Shown: positions 1 through 10,906 of the stretch, piece by piece | How the letters are laid out: the number at the start of each line of letters is the position of its first letter | Position numbering within the stretch: the stretch's first letter is position 1 | Program-made: the position numbers and the translations under genes | IMG/VR virus record: IMGVR_UViG_3300026189_000003 | Span: 43,641 to 107,640 of that record | Reading direction: 5' to 3' (one strand) | Length of the DNA stretch: 64,000 bases | DNA from: a virus | The notes under the pieces: model-generated | What the model was told of the DNA's origin: nothing | Databases searched by the model: none | What the model saw: only the letters and a program-made list of their open reading frames with translations

Positions 1-3000
1 AAATTCAGTTCCATATGGAACAACAACTGTTCTGTTGGCTTCAGTTGATTTATATAAAGTTGCACTGATGCCACCTTCGGTAGGTACTTCATTTACTGTT
101 ACAAAATTCTTTGCAACAAATGATGTGTCAGTAACATGAGGTACTACTGTTCTATAAAAATTACCTTCGTATCTAACTAACTGATCTTTTTCTAATGTTT
201 GATTTGGCACGTAAGCACCAACTTTTGATGGTACTCCGCCAACAGATATTGGAACTTGCACACCGTTTGGATCACTTACTGTTGTTTTAAAATGACTTCT
301 GCTAATATCATAACCTCTAACAGCAAATCCTTTTTCTGTCTTTTCAACTATAACGCCACTGTATGCACTATTTTGTATACTTGGACTAGCATGAGTCACG
401 TGTGAAATGTTATTATCTGGAATGTAAACACTTGTTCTAGTAGAATTAGGTGAGTATGATTCAGTTTGTGCTCTATAACTTGCAAAGTCAACGAATGCTC
501 CTTGTTTATGAGCTAACTGCGGTTGTACATTTCTTAAAATACCACCATATAAATCTGTAATAGATTTGTTTTCATTAATTAATCTCTGAGTAACATATTG
601 CTGATAACCAGTACCACTGAACGTATTAGTTCCTACTGTTTCTCTATCAACATAAACATTATTGTTTGGTCGTTTACCTGTATTGAAATCGTATACACTT
701 GTAGTATTGATTTTTGCTACTCTAGAATTCAATGTATCAAAAAACTTTTCATAATATTCTGCAGGTTTCAGTATTGACATTACTGCTGTTGTACCAAAAG
801 AACTAGCACTGTTAATATAGTATGCTCTTTCACTTGGTGCATTGTCACCAATTTTCCAATTCTTTTTAGCTTCATCGACACTTGGATTTCTATCAACTAA
901 TCCTAAAGTAAGCGGATCAATAACTTTACCTGATGTGTCAACAGGTACATAACTGCTAAAGCCTTCGTGCCTGTAAATATTTTCTTGATTTGTATAACTT
1001 AAATCTAATAAGTTAGCACGTGAACCTTCTCTAATAATACCTTTCTCGATATCATTAATTAATAATGCTCTTGCAGAAGATTGCTTCCAGTTATAGTTCC
1101 TATCCCACCAATGAGGCTTAATTGAGAAGCCTAACATTTCCCATGGATGCGTATCTAGTTTGTCTGAACCATAAAACTTTTTATAAATTCCTCTCCAGTG
1201 TCCTGCTGATCTATCTCCAAATAAATCTTGCGTACTACTCCAGTTCCATGTTTTCCAATCATTTTGATCGTAGCCATTATTTTCAAATATATCTACTTGG
1301 TTGTTAACTGCCCATCTGTGAACTTGTGGCGTAATAACATCTGTGTATTCGCTGTATGAATAATCTTTTTTATTAAAGTAATTGTCAACAGTACTATTGT
1401 ATGAAATATCAGGAACATAATCTGGGTCCATGAATCTATTTTCAATATCGTTGTAAATTCTTTTTTCAATTTCTAGCAATGCTCTATCACGATCATCATT
1501 AAATTTAAGTGTTAATGATCCATCATGTCCTTCAATAAATGTTTTTGTTCCTGATGAATAACTTGCATCACTAACTTCTCTAGGTAAAAATGCATTCGTC
1601 ATTCCTAGCTTGGCTGGTGTTGACGGTATCCATGCAGGTTGTTTTGCAGAGAAGTGATATATTTTAATTACATCATTTACATCTGGCTTAGATGCTCCTA
1701 CGAATATTATTCTAGTTCCTGATGAATTTTCAATAACGTAATCGTTATTCATTGTTAATAATTTGTCGTTATTATAAATGTATAATGATTTTATATCTTT
1801 ATCGTCACGTGGGTTGAATGCATAGCTTATGTCTAATCCAGGTTCACCTATCATTTCTAAAATATCTTGATAGTTTTGTACTGCTTGACTTTGGCTTTGT
1901 GTATTGTTCCAAGTTTTATTTGCACTTGTGATTGTAATAGTTTCTATTTGTGCATTCTTACCGTAATTGGCCATTAAGCTGTAAGCCCATTTCTCACTTA
2001 CTTTTTTATTTGTATTCAATGATTCTAAAACAGTATCAACTAATTTTTGATCAGTCCAGCTTGTAATATCATTGTCTATAGATACTTGTGTTACTTTTTG
2101 TAAAAATTTATTTTTAAATCTAATATAGTCGTCTTGTGCTAGTCTTGTTGACTTAATTACATTTCTATCATTGCTGTTAACATGAGTTAAGAATTTTACT
2201 AAAGGTGCACTGTGTTGTAATATTTCTTGTCCTTGTTCGTTTTCTTTTTTCGTATCTCTATACGTATTATTTCCTAAAGGTTTTCCAGTTATATCTTCCT
2301 GTCTAGAAATAGCTGAACTCATATGTGATAATAAATCACTGTATGAATATTCATCAACTGGATTGTTCAATGCATTATGTGATAAGTTTTTTGGTAACTG
2401 GAATCTTGCTTTCTTTAAGTCTTTAGTTTCAAAGCTATCCCATACTACAAAAACATGGTATCCTTTTGTAACATCAGCTGTCATTTTAATTGTTTGATTT
2501 TTTTCAATGTTGTAATCAACTTTGAATTCTTGTTCAACATTGTTTACATAAACTTTAACTTTAGAATCATCAGCAATTAACGATTCTAAAACAAAAGTAT
2601 TTGCACTTGTATAATCATCAACATTAAAGTTTTGTTCTAAAAGCTGTTTAGATTTTTGTTTCGGTTGAACCCATTCTGTTTCATACACAGATGAGATAGA
2701 ATCAACTAATGTTGAGTTCGCATTATCTACAACTGTTAACTTACCACCCATTCCTGCATGAGTACCACAGTAATAATATACTGTATCTGGTGTGTTTACA
2801 TCTGGTGTAAACTCAACTGTTCTTGCTGTTGCTTTATCATACTCTGCTCCATAAAAAACAGTTTCTGAAACTTGTATGTCATTAATAAAGTATTTTACTT
2901 TAGTTGAATATCTTGTACCACTGCCATGTGTACCGTCGGCTGTTGTGCTTAATGCAAATGGATGTGATCCAGCTGAGTAACCTTTACTTGACAAACTTGA

Positions 3001-5145
3001 ATCAGAAAGATCAAACACATATTTGTTTCCTCTAATCAATATTAAATTTTGTTTCTCAATGCTATCAATATAAAATTTATTTCCGGTACTTGCTATACTT
3101 GGGTTTGTAATAACTTTTTTGTTAACAGTTGATTGTAAAACATTAGGGTAATTAGTTTTTTTATAATAAACTAATCCAGAAGTATCATCTAGCTGATAAT
3201 TTTTAAATTTAATACTACCAACACTAGTATATGTATCGTATGATAATGGAAATCCTAATGACGCATCATCAGTTCCTGTACCTACTGTGTAACCAAATAG
3301 CTGACTACCGTTAAAACTAGAACTGCTATATTTTGATGAATCATCTAGTACTACTCCACTGTTATCATATAAATTGTACAATGGTGGCTGATTGAATTTT
3401 GTTTTACTTTGTGATAATATCCAAGCATAACCAGTCCAATGATATTCTTTACCAGCATTTACTACACCAGATTTAACTGTAATCTTGTCATTGTCAACAA
3501 TAGTTAATCCAGCAACTTTAGTTAATGAAATACTTGTACCTACTCCACTTACTGTCCATATAGAACTAGACACATCAAAGTCTACTCCAGTAATATCCCA
3601 GCTCTTGTCTGATGCACCATCTCCATCTGAATCATGATCCCATGGAAAACTATCACCTGACCATTCAATCGGTGTTGTTTCAAATGCATTGTTTTGGAAT
3701 AGTATTGACATACCATTTTCTAAAATTATACCATCAAGTGTGTAAGTACTTTGTCCTTCGATGTCTGCTTTAGTTTGTGTTGTTGCTAATAAGTTAACTG
3801 TATATTTGTGTACTGCACCATAATTGTACAGTTGAATATCTTTCTTAAATTCGATAATAGGTCTAGTTGCTTTTTTTGATGCATCAAGTTGAAAAGCTGA
3901 TTGTTGTAATTTATCTGTAGCGTCAAAATATCCACCGTCATAACCTGTGACATCTGTTGTTGATACATCCCATGGATGTTCTATCTCAACTAGTTTTTGT
4001 AAATTTCTATAACTTGTAATATTGTTTTTATGAACCCAGCCGTTTGTTCTAGACCACGGATTGTTATCTTTCGAAGAACGATCGATAGTTATGTAATCAT
4101 GTGTAGAAAGATCTGCTTGAGTATCCCATTTCTTTTCATCCCAACTAAAACTTACATCAACACCTGAAGTTGTTTCTGAAGTAAAATCCCAAGGCTGATT
4201 TGTTAAAGTAATATATGATTCTGTGTCTAACACATCTTCATTTACTTGTACTAGTTCTATACCTGTTTCACTGCCTACACCTTCAACATAATATTTTTTA
4301 TCTTGGTATGCTGGCTCTGTCAAATATGTTTTGTTGAATTCAACTAACATACCAGAACTTAATTTTATACCATTTGGTGAAGTATATTCTTTAGCACCAA
4401 CTATTGCAGTAGGGCTGACTTTATGTACAATATTAACTGTATCACTTGCTGATATAGTTATACTAGAGTTTGCAAACTCTAAGTTTAATCCTAATGTTTC
4501 GTAGTCTGTTGTTACAGTTCCGTTGACACTAACAACGTCTATGCTTGACGTGATAGGGTAAGATAGAGTAAAAGCCGTCTGTGAAGCATTAGCTGTAAAA
4601 GCCTCAACAGATCCTGTAACAACAATAGATGGTAAAAGAGGATCTACACTCGGATACCAATAATAGTTTTCGTAGTTGATGAATTTATCATAATCAATTG
4701 GCGGTGCATAACTGTAATATTTTTGATCAAATAATCTATTTTGATTATTTGTTTTACCGTTTTCACTGCTTACATGATTTAGTGCTTCAGTATAAAATAC
4801 TGCATCAATCGTACTTAACGAATCTGGATTTCTAATTATAAGTGATGGCTCTAATTGATAGTCACCACGTTGTTTTGTTTTTTCAATTTTGTAGTTGTCT
4901 TTTTCTTGAGAAAAGTAAACGTCATCTTTTCTACCAATAAATTCTGATGTTTGAATAGCATTAGGAGAACTGAAAAGTTGTTCTACTGTTCCATCAAAAA
5001 AGTTTTTTAACTTTGCTGAATGAAATACTTCAGGTAAAAAGTCTAAAGCCTTAAAGTCATCTGTAGTACTAACATTAGAAGTATACGTATCGCCAATGTT
5101 ACTGTTAGATGTTGATGTGAATGAAACGTTAGACTCGTACGCCAT
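1..5145 (-). CDS. Very large virion/baseplate structural protein (gp7-like position), N-terminal ~1715 aa; runs off the window start
   Basis: Not in the ORF track because no stop falls in the window. ATG at 5145 overlaps the gp6 stop (TAATG). Reads MAYESNVSFT...LDFLPEVF...IDYDKFINYENYYWYP... and is still in frame at position 1 (...VVVPYGTEF). Directly downstream of gp25-gp6. Confidence 0.8.
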   Translation of the reverse strand, partial: MAYESNVSFTSTSNSNIGDTYTSNVSTTDDFKALDFLPEVFHSAKLKNFFDGTVEQLFSSPNAIQTSEFIGRKDDVYFSQEKDNYKIEKTKQRGDYQLEPSLIIRNPDSLSTIDAVFYTEALNHVSSENGKTNNQNRLFDQKYYSYAPPIDYDKFINYENYYWYPSVDPLLPSIVVTGSVEAFTANASQTAFTLSYPITSSIDVVSVNGTVTTDYETLGLNLEFANSSITISASDTVNIVHKVSPTAIVGAKEYTSPNGIKLSSGMLVEFNKTYLTEPAYQDKKYYVEGVGSETGIELVQVNEDVLDTESYITLTNQPWDFTSETTSGVDVSFSWDEKKWDTQADLSTHDYITIDRSSKDNNPWSRTNGWVHKNNITSYRNLQKLVEIEHPWDVSTTDVTGYDGGYFDATDKLQQSAFQLDASKKATRPIIEFKKDIQLYNYGAVHKYTVNLLATTQTKADIEGQSTYTLDGIILENGMSILFQNNAFETTPIEWSGDSFPWDHDSDGDGASDKSWDITGVDFDVSSSIWTVSGVGTSISLTKVAGLTIVDNDKITVKSGVVNAGKEYHWTGYAWILSQSKTKFNQPPLYNLYDNSGVVLDDSSKYSSSSFNGSQLFGYTVGTGTDDASLGFPLSYDTYTSVGSIKFKNYQLDDTSGLVYYKKTNYPNVLQSTVNKKVITNPSIASTGNKFYIDSIEKQNLILIRGNKYVFDLSDSSLSSKGYSAGSHPFALSTTADGTHGSGTRYSTKVKYFINDIQVSETVFYGAEYDKATARTVEFTPDVNTPDTVYYYCGTHAGMGGKLTVVDNANSTLVDSISSVYETEWVQPKQKSKQLLEQNFNVDDYTSANTFVLESLIADDSKVKVYVNNVEQEFKVDYNIEKNQTIKMTADVTKGYHVFVVWDSFETKDLKKARFQLPKNLSHNALNNPVDEYSYSDLLSHMSSAISRQEDITGKPLGNNTYRDTKKENEQGQEILQHSAPLVKFLTHVNSNDRNVIKSTRLAQDDYIRFKNKFLQKVTQVSIDNDITSWTDQKLVDTVLESLNTNKKVSEKWAYSLMANYGKNAQIETITITSANKTWNNTQSQSQAVQNYQDILEMIGEPGLDISYAFNPRDDKDIKSLYIYNNDKLLTMNNDYVIENSSGTRIIFVGASKPDVNDVIKIYHFSAKQPAWIPSTPAKLGMTNAFLPREVSDASYSSGTKTFIEGHDGSLTLKFNDDRDRALLEIEKRIYNDIENRFMDPDYVPDISYNSTVDNYFNKKDYSYSEYTDVITPQVHRWAVNNQVDIFENNGYDQNDWKTWNWSSTQDLFGDRSAGHWRGIYKKFYGSDKLDTHPWEMLGFSIKPHWWDRNYNWKQSSARALLINDIEKGIIREGSRANLLDLSYTNQENIYRHEGFSSYVPVDTSGKVIDPLTLGLVDRNPSVDEAKKNWKIGDNAPSERAYYINSASSFGTTAVMSILKPAEYYEKFFDTLNSRVAKINTTSVYDFNTGKRPNNNVYVDRETVGTNTFSGTGYQQYVTQRLINENKSITDLYGGILRNVQPQLAHKQGAFVDFASYRAQTESYSPNSTRTSVYIPDNNISHVTHASPSIQNSAYSGVIVEKTEKGFAVRGYDISRSHFKTTVSDPNGVQVPISVGGVPSKVGAYVPNQTLEKDQLVRYEGNFYRTVVPHVTDTSFVAKNFVTVNEVPTEGGISATLYKSTEANRTVVVPYGTEF

Positions 5146-8100
5146 TAATACTCTCCCACAGCACCAGAAGTAACTGATCTTAGATTAACTCCTGTTAAAC
5201 CAGAGACAATCTCTACTTGATTAACTGTGGCAGTACTAAAGAATAGTTCATTACTTCCAGCTTTGATTTGAAATAGGTCACCAAATTTTGCTTCTGCATC
5301 TTTTGGTACAATAACCACACTTGATATCTTACTTGACAACCTAGTATGAATAAAAGCGGCAAGTTCACTATAATAAAATGTATCACCAAAGTCCCAATTA
5401 GAAATAGAAAAGTAACTATTGATTGCTTGAATGATTTCTGTTTTAATTTCGTTATCAGTGTAATTTGTATTTGGTATCTTAACTACTCTAAAGATAGCTT
5501 GATTCTGTTCATCAGCAGTTGGTCCAAATAATAATTTAAATTTAGCTGATGAATAAATTAATTGATCACTTATTGATCTATATTTTTCTAATTCACCAAC
5601 ACTGTTTTTAATTTCTTGTGAAGTAGGTTCTGCAGGAAATAATGATCTTGCTTTTCCACTGCTAAACCAGTTTTGTACATTAGTATAATGTGTTTTATCT
5701 AATATAACTAATTCAATAATATTACTTACTGAAGGATCAATTCTTTGTGATCTTGGTGCACTGTGTTTGTAGTGAAAATAAAATTTCTCTGCGTCACTAA
5801 ATGCTCTACCTACAAAAGCCTTGTAAGTTTTTTTATTAGTACTATTATACCCGGCTCTTCTTGTATAAGATGAACTGTTTACATCATTAACTAATTTGAT
5901 TGCTGTGTTCTCTACACCTGAACCATTACCTCTGTAGAAAAAGAAGTTGTTGGCCGCTGTTGAATCAGCTGTTACAAATGCTAATCCGTTAACACTTGAA
6001 GCGGCAAGTTTAGTAGTAACTTGCGTAACATCTGAACTTAATTTATAATATGTGTATCCGTCATAATCAATATAATTTTCAAAAAATACATAATGATTAT
6101 CACTTATTAAATCATCGTGTGCAATTGGATTGTCTGGTGAACCACTATTGTCAGAGTCAATATTTGTTACTTTAATTTTTTTAATATCTACGTAGCCGTC
6201 TTGTTCTGTAAAGCTATCTGAAATACTAAATGTAATTGGATTGACTAGTTTCGCCGCATTGCCTGGATCAGTCAACAATTTAACATCTTTGTTTATGTTT
6301 AAAAGTTCTATAGTATCTTGTACTGCTTTACCAGTAGTTGAATCAATATTTTTATAGTCACTAACATAAAAGAATCTAACTTCATCTTTACTTTCAAATA
6401 CGTAATCTAATCCTCTTATAGTAAATTCATATTTTGGAGATGAAGCTGTAGATGCCGCCGGCACATATTTTGCATAAACCAACCATGAAGTATCACTAGC
6501 TAGAGCTTGATATCCTGGTGGAAATTTACTGTTATATGCTACACTAAATTCATTAGTTGTATCTAGGTAATCGTCAGCTATAACATACCAGCCTTCTTTT
6601 TTAAGACTTGGGTCGTTATAATGATAACCTATTCCAAAGTTTACACCTGCCTGCATCTGTGTTCTAATAGTTTCTTTTTCTGTTGTCGACAATGCAGTTC
6701 TAAAGTTTGGCAATATTTTTCTAATCTTATATCCATTTGTGATTTGCTTATCTAATTGTATTGAACCTGCTGTATCTGAATTTGTAACAACACCATTATT
6801 TCTTACACTTACTACTGTGGTAAAGATACTTTTTGTTGGTGTTGAATAATCATCTACAAATTCTAAAACTGTTCCTGGTCTAATCATACCTAGTTTTTCG
6901 TTATTGTTTAATGGATTATTATGTACACCAGTTGCTTGTGAAAATGTTTTATCGGCCGCACCTGCAATTACAAAATATCCTGTTTGACTTTGACCCGCAC
7001 TAGGATATGTTACCCATTCATTTTTCTCAGTACTAGCTGACTGCATAACAAATTGATTTGCATCATGTGTTGCCTCGACAGCTTTTTTATATGTGTCATA
7101 ATAATAGTTAGATAATAAATTCTTTTGAATTAATGGTTCTAATATGTTTTCAATTATATAAGTGTAACTAGTATAATCTACAACCGTACCAGTTATTTCT
7201 TCACTGTTTAATGTAAAGTCTGGATTTTTATAAAGTATTCCATCTTCTCCATATACGTTTACACTTTTTACTGTTCCTGTAGGATCATTGATATCTAAGT
7301 ATCTAGAATGACCTATGTGCGTTTTGTTTATAGATTTAATTTTTTGAATTGAGTTACTTTGTGTTAAAGGAAAAATATTATAATCTTCAGCATTAATCAT
7401 TCTGTCCTGTGAGTAATAAGACTTAGGAGCATTTTGTTTAATACTAGCATCAGATTCAGTTGCTTGTGAATTTGAAACAGTATAATTTAATGACAATGAT
7501 AATGTAAGAATATATTCTTGTCCTTCGTTGTTTTTATAACTTATATTAATCTCTTTGTTTTGAATTCTGTTTTTTCTTAGTACTTGTCCTTGTCCTGAAC
7601 TTCTTCTAAACCATACTCTAAAATTTCCTTTAGGAGCAACACCAAAGTTACCATCACTAAAGTTAATAGTAGCTTTATCATTGTTTTGAGATTGTACTGT
7701 AAAAATATTTGTATCACTAATAGCTAAACTATTGTATATTGTATTTTGTCCAAATAAACTTGGTACCTTTTTCCATTTTTCTAAAACAACTCCGCTGTTA
7801 GAAACTTTTTGAACATAAACATCTAGTTCATTAATATTAGATAATGGCAAGTCAATTGATCTGTTTGGTACAGGCGAAGCAAAATTATAATCTTCAAAGT
7901 TCATTTCACCTTCTTTAAAATATGCAAAGAAGCCATTATTGATACTTGAAAAACCTTGGTTGTCATTTTTGTAAATTAAATTATATGGCTCTGCTTGGTC
8001 TGGATCTTTTTCATAAAAGTATCCATCCGGATGAATATCTGATTTAACAACGTCAATGGATGTATTAATACCATCTATGTTTTCACTAAAATTTTGTATA

Positions 8101-8690
8101 ACTGGTTGAGTCGTAGTACTATTAATATTGTACATCTCAGAAAGTATAGTATTCACTGTTCCACTTTTAACAGGATCACCAAATTGGTTTGTACTATTGA
8201 AAGCACTGTTAAGAATTTGTAACCACTGATCGTACCATTCTGTATTGTTTGCATCGTTCCATGTAACATTTGTGTTAGATAAATTTGTTCCTTCTGAATC
8301 AACTAAAGGTTCAGTAGTTCTAACTTTGTTAACTTTTAATAATCCTCTTGCTGGAGTATTTCTTTTTGGTGTGTAGTTTACAAGTTTAGCAAGTTTGATA
8401 ATGCTATCTCTTCTTTCGGCTGTATCAAAAAAGTTTTCTCTTGAATTTAAATCTGTTCTAAATGCTAGACTTTGTCCCATGTAAGACAATAAATCTATGA
8501 TAGCAATAAATTCACTTGATTGAATATAGTCATTGAAATCTTCAGGATAGTTTGTTTGAATATAATTCAACATACTTGTTCTGATTGAATCGTAATCGTA
8601 TGACGTAAAGTCTGCCTGTGTAAAACTTCTATATATTGTTTTCCAATCTTCTGCTGAAAATAAATTGTCTTGTCTTTGTATTTGACTCAT
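5145..8690 (-). CDS. gp6: Baseplate wedge subunit, T4 gp6-like
   Basis: N-terminal DFTSYDYDSIR...YPEDFNDY...SSEFIAIIDLLSY...RENFFDTAERRDS; FSDGNFG and ESDASIKQNAP...QDRMINAEDY motifs typical of gp6/baseplate J; follows gp25. Confidence 0.9.
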   Translation of the reverse strand: MSQIQRQDNLFSAEDWKTIYRSFTQADFTSYDYDSIRTSMLNYIQTNYPEDFNDYIQSSEFIAIIDLLSYMGQSLAFRTDLNSRENFFDTAERRDSIIKLAKLVNYTPKRNTPARGLLKVNKVRTTEPLVDSEGTNLSNTNVTWNDANNTEWYDQWLQILNSAFNSTNQFGDPVKSGTVNTILSEMYNINSTTTQPVIQNFSENIDGINTSIDVVKSDIHPDGYFYEKDPDQAEPYNLIYKNDNQGFSSINNGFFAYFKEGEMNFEDYNFASPVPNRSIDLPLSNINELDVYVQKVSNSGVVLEKWKKVPSLFGQNTIYNSLAISDTNIFTVQSQNNDKATINFSDGNFGVAPKGNFRVWFRRSSGQGQVLRKNRIQNKEINISYKNNEGQEYILTLSLSLNYTVSNSQATESDASIKQNAPKSYYSQDRMINAEDYNIFPLTQSNSIQKIKSINKTHIGHSRYLDINDPTGTVKSVNVYGEDGILYKNPDFTLNSEEITGTVVDYTSYTYIIENILEPLIQKNLLSNYYYDTYKKAVEATHDANQFVMQSASTEKNEWVTYPSAGQSQTGYFVIAGAADKTFSQATGVHNNPLNNNEKLGMIRPGTVLEFVDDYSTPTKSIFTTVVSVRNNGVVTNSDTAGSIQLDKQITNGYKIRKILPNFRTALSTTEKETIRTQMQAGVNFGIGYHYNDPSLKKEGWYVIADDYLDTTNEFSVAYNSKFPPGYQALASDTSWLVYAKYVPAASTASSPKYEFTIRGLDYVFESKDEVRFFYVSDYKNIDSTTGKAVQDTIELLNINKDVKLLTDPGNAAKLVNPITFSISDSFTEQDGYVDIKKIKVTNIDSDNSGSPDNPIAHDDLISDNHYVFFENYIDYDGYTYYKLSSDVTQVTTKLAASSVNGLAFVTADSTAANNFFFYRGNGSGVENTAIKLVNDVNSSSYTRRAGYNSTNKKTYKAFVGRAFSDAEKFYFHYKHSAPRSQRIDPSVSNIIELVILDKTHYTNVQNWFSSGKARSLFPAEPTSQEIKNSVGELEKYRSISDQLIYSSAKFKLLFGPTADEQNQAIFRVVKIPNTNYTDNEIKTEIIQAINSYFSISNWDFGDTFYYSELAAFIHTRLSSKISSVVIVPKDAEAKFGDLFQIKAGSNELFFSTATVNQVEIVSGLTGVNLRSVTSGAVGEY

Positions 8691-9124
8691 TATATTGTTT
8701 CTCTTTCAAATTCTAGTTGCATTGTTGCTTGTTGATTATAAGGCAAAACATTGATCCCAATATCTAATCTTAATCCATTTTCGGATTCTACTACATTAGT
8801 ATCAATTAATTGAACTCTAGGATCACTATTGATTACTGCTTGACAATCTTCTACTATTAATTCTTTATTGTGTTCATCTAATGGTTCATACAGCATATCC
8901 CAAATTACTGAACCAAAGTTTGGATTCATAACTCTCTCACCTTTTCTTGTATAAAAATGATTAACTAGATCCTGTTTGATTAAATCGAGATCGAATAGCT
9001 GATTAGATTTGTCACTAGTTAGTGTACTAAATCCTTTATATGTGCCACGTGGAAAAGATCCAGTATTACTACTGTTTGTGGAAGAAGTTGAAACTCCAGT
9101 ATTTGTCGTTGTCGTATATGCCAT
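8690..9124 (-). CDS. gp25: Baseplate wedge subunit, gp25-like
   Basis: IKQDLVNHFYTRKGERVMNPNFGS...LYEP...DPRV, the GPW/gp25 signature. Confidence 0.92.
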   Translation of the reverse strand: MAYTTTTNTGVSTSSTNSSNTGSFPRGTYKGFSTLTSDKSNQLFDLDLIKQDLVNHFYTRKGERVMNPNFGSVIWDMLYEPLDEHNKELIVEDCQAVINSDPRVQLIDTNVVESENGLRLDIGINVLPYNQQATMQLEFERETI

Positions 9125-9143
9125 ATCTTTTTTACTCTACAGA

Positions 9144-9151
9144 TATTTATA
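9144..9151 (-). promoter_or_regulatory. T4-type late promoter TATAAATA upstream of the gp25-gp6 operon
   Basis: Exact T4 gp55 consensus on the minus strand, 19 nt upstream of the gp25 ATG. Confidence 0.7.
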
Positions 9152-9217
9152 GATGATTTTATATGCTGTTTTAATTATATATCATAAATATCTTAAAATA
9201 CAAAACAATGAGAAATT

Positions 9218-9781
9218 ATGGCTTCAAAATTTGAAAATTTCACCAGTGAAGATAGGATAGAAGTATCCTTACTGGATAATGACGTACATTATTTGTACGG
9301 AGATATTGCTGAGGAAAATACAGCTCAAGCTATCAAATGGATATTGCACTCCAATCTTAAAAAGAAGCCAAAAAGAACTCTTACTTTATATATAAATTCA
9401 TATGGCGGAGACGTTTATCAGATGTTTGCATTGATTGATATTATGAAAAATAGCTATCATCATATTAGTACTATCGGTATTGGTAGTATAATGAGTGCGG
9501 CTTTACTCATATTAGCCAGTGGTGCAAAAGGTCATAGATATCTTGGAAAGAATACTGGTATAATGAATCATCAACATTCAGATGCACTTGAATCAAAAAT
9601 GCACGATCTAAGAGCTTCAATGAAAGAAAATGTTCATGTTGAGCAAAGATGTTTCCAAATTTTAAGAGAAGCCACAGGATTTTCACTAGCTGATGTACGT
9701 AAAAAATTCAATAATCCTTCAGATCAGTACTTCACGGCAAAACAATTGGTTGACTTAAAGGTGGCAGATCATATACTATAG
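9218..9781 (+). CDS. clpP: ClpP-like serine protease subunit
   Basis: LYINSYGGDV, GSIMSAALLILASG (catalytic Ser), MNHQ (His), DQYFTAKQLVDLKVAD. Confidence 0.88.
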   Translation: MASKFENFTSEDRIEVSLLDNDVHYLYGDIAEENTAQAIKWILHSNLKKKPKRTLTLYINSYGGDVYQMFALIDIMKNSYHHISTIGIGSIMSAALLILASGAKGHRYLGKNTGIMNHQHSDALESKMHDLRASMKENVHVEQRCFQILREATGFSLADVRKKFNNPSDQYFTAKQLVDLKVADHIL

Positions 9782-9785
9782 GTAT

Positions 9786-10019
9786 ATGAGCGATCAAATC
9801 AAAAACTTTTCCAGCGGGAAAGATTGGTGGTATATGGATAGAAAACAAGCTATCCAACTTCTAGATGTAGTTACTGAAGCATATAATAAGAAGCTTTCAG
9901 AAGAACTATGGTATGATGACCATGATGTAGCTCTAAAAATGTATGAAATCAAAAACGATATCATGCGATTTCCTGACATAATATTCCGTAATGCTGGAAT
10001 TAAAATTGAAAAAGACTGA
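9786..10019 (+). CDS. Hypothetical protein
   Basis: 77-aa ORF 4 nt after clpP on the same strand. Confidence 0.6.
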   Translation: MSDQIKNFSSGKDWWYMDRKQAIQLLDVVTEAYNKKLSEELWYDDHDVALKMYEIKNDIMRFPDIIFRNAGIKIEKD

Positions 10020-10047
10020 TAGTTGGAAAGAAAAATGCAATTACCGG

Positions 10048-10076
10048 TTGACAAGTAATCAATTATAATATATTAT
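10048..10076 (+). promoter_or_regulatory. Sigma70-type early promoter
   Basis: TTGACA-17 nt-TATTAT. Confidence 0.7.
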
Positions 10077-10127
10077 AAGGATGTTATGTTAATAAAGTTA
10101 ATCAAATATCTCGGAGGTAACAAAGAT

Positions 10128-10442
10128 ATGGCAAGAACAAAACAATACGTAGTATACACTAGAGAGTTCTCAAAAGGAAGAGTTAACAATAAAGTTGGCG
10201 TTTTCATCGAGGACAAAAAAAATGCTACAGATAACAACGGCGATGTAAACGGTGGTGTTATCAAATTCAAAAACCTTAAAATGAAAAGATCAACACCAAC
10301 AACTGATCTAGTTTCAAAAGGTTATGACTTCAACGTAAGAGTAATTGGTACTGGTTCGTACGAAACTGCGAAACAAATCAGAAGCTCTGTACTTGAATTA
10401 TTGTCTGATGCAGGTAAAACTGTTATCAATGCTAACGCATAA
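10128..10442 (+). CDS. Small basic hypothetical protein (likely start MARTKQY)
   Basis: GGAGG SD before ATG 10128; own promoter and terminator. Confidence 0.75.
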   Translation: MARTKQYVVYTREFSKGRVNNKVGVFIEDKKNATDNNGDVNGGVIKFKNLKMKRSTPTTDLVSKGYDFNVRVIGTGSYETAKQIRSSVLELLSDAGKTVINANA

Positions 10443-10481
10443 TAATAATAATAAGGTAAGACAATAATAGTATAAACTCTT

Positions 10482-10509
10482 AAAAAGGCGCTTCGGCGCC
10501 TTTTTTTTT
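10482..10509 (+). terminator. Intrinsic terminator
   Basis: AAAAA GGCGC TTCG GCGCC T9. Confidence 0.9.
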
Positions 10510-10615
10510 ACTTATTAACAGATATATTTCTGTTGGTGAAATCGGTTAACAGGAGTGTTAACCAAAATCAATGTGTTTAAATATTAAACACACAATTTAG
10601 TTAGGAGGTCCAATT

Positions 10616-10849
10616 ATGGATATTATTACTAAAATTAAATCATGGGCGTCAGCTTTAGCAGATGTCGGTGTATCACTTATAGCACTAGGTATAGTTCTAG
10701 AAGTGCTATTTGGAGGACAGGGCATTCCGTTCTGGCCTAACATTTCAGTAATCGGAAATGTACAATCAATTATCGCAGGTTTCTCAGCACAAGGTTTAGT
10801 TGGGTTAGTTGCAGTTTGGGTATTGTATCACATATACAAATCTAAATAA
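10616..10849 (+). CDS. Small membrane protein (two hydrophobic segments)
   Basis: AGGAGG SD; hydrophobic 77-aa sequence; followed by a terminator. Confidence 0.8.
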   Translation: MDIITKIKSWASALADVGVSLIALGIVLEVLFGGQGIPFWPNISVIGNVQSIIAGFSAQGLVGLVAVWVLYHIYKSK

Positions 10850-10858
10850 AGACCTCAT

Positions 10859-10883
10859 AAAAAGGTCGCTTCGGCGGCCTTTT
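10859..10883 (+). terminator. Intrinsic terminator
   Basis: AAAAA GGTCGC TTCG GCGGCC TTTT. Confidence 0.75.
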
Positions 10884-10906
10884 ACTTTCACACAAAAGGA
10901 GAAAAT

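Noticed and set aside
10440-10454. (TAA)n run after the 10128-10442 gene
   Set aside because: Short low-complexity run of tandem stops in an AT-rich spacer; no further structure
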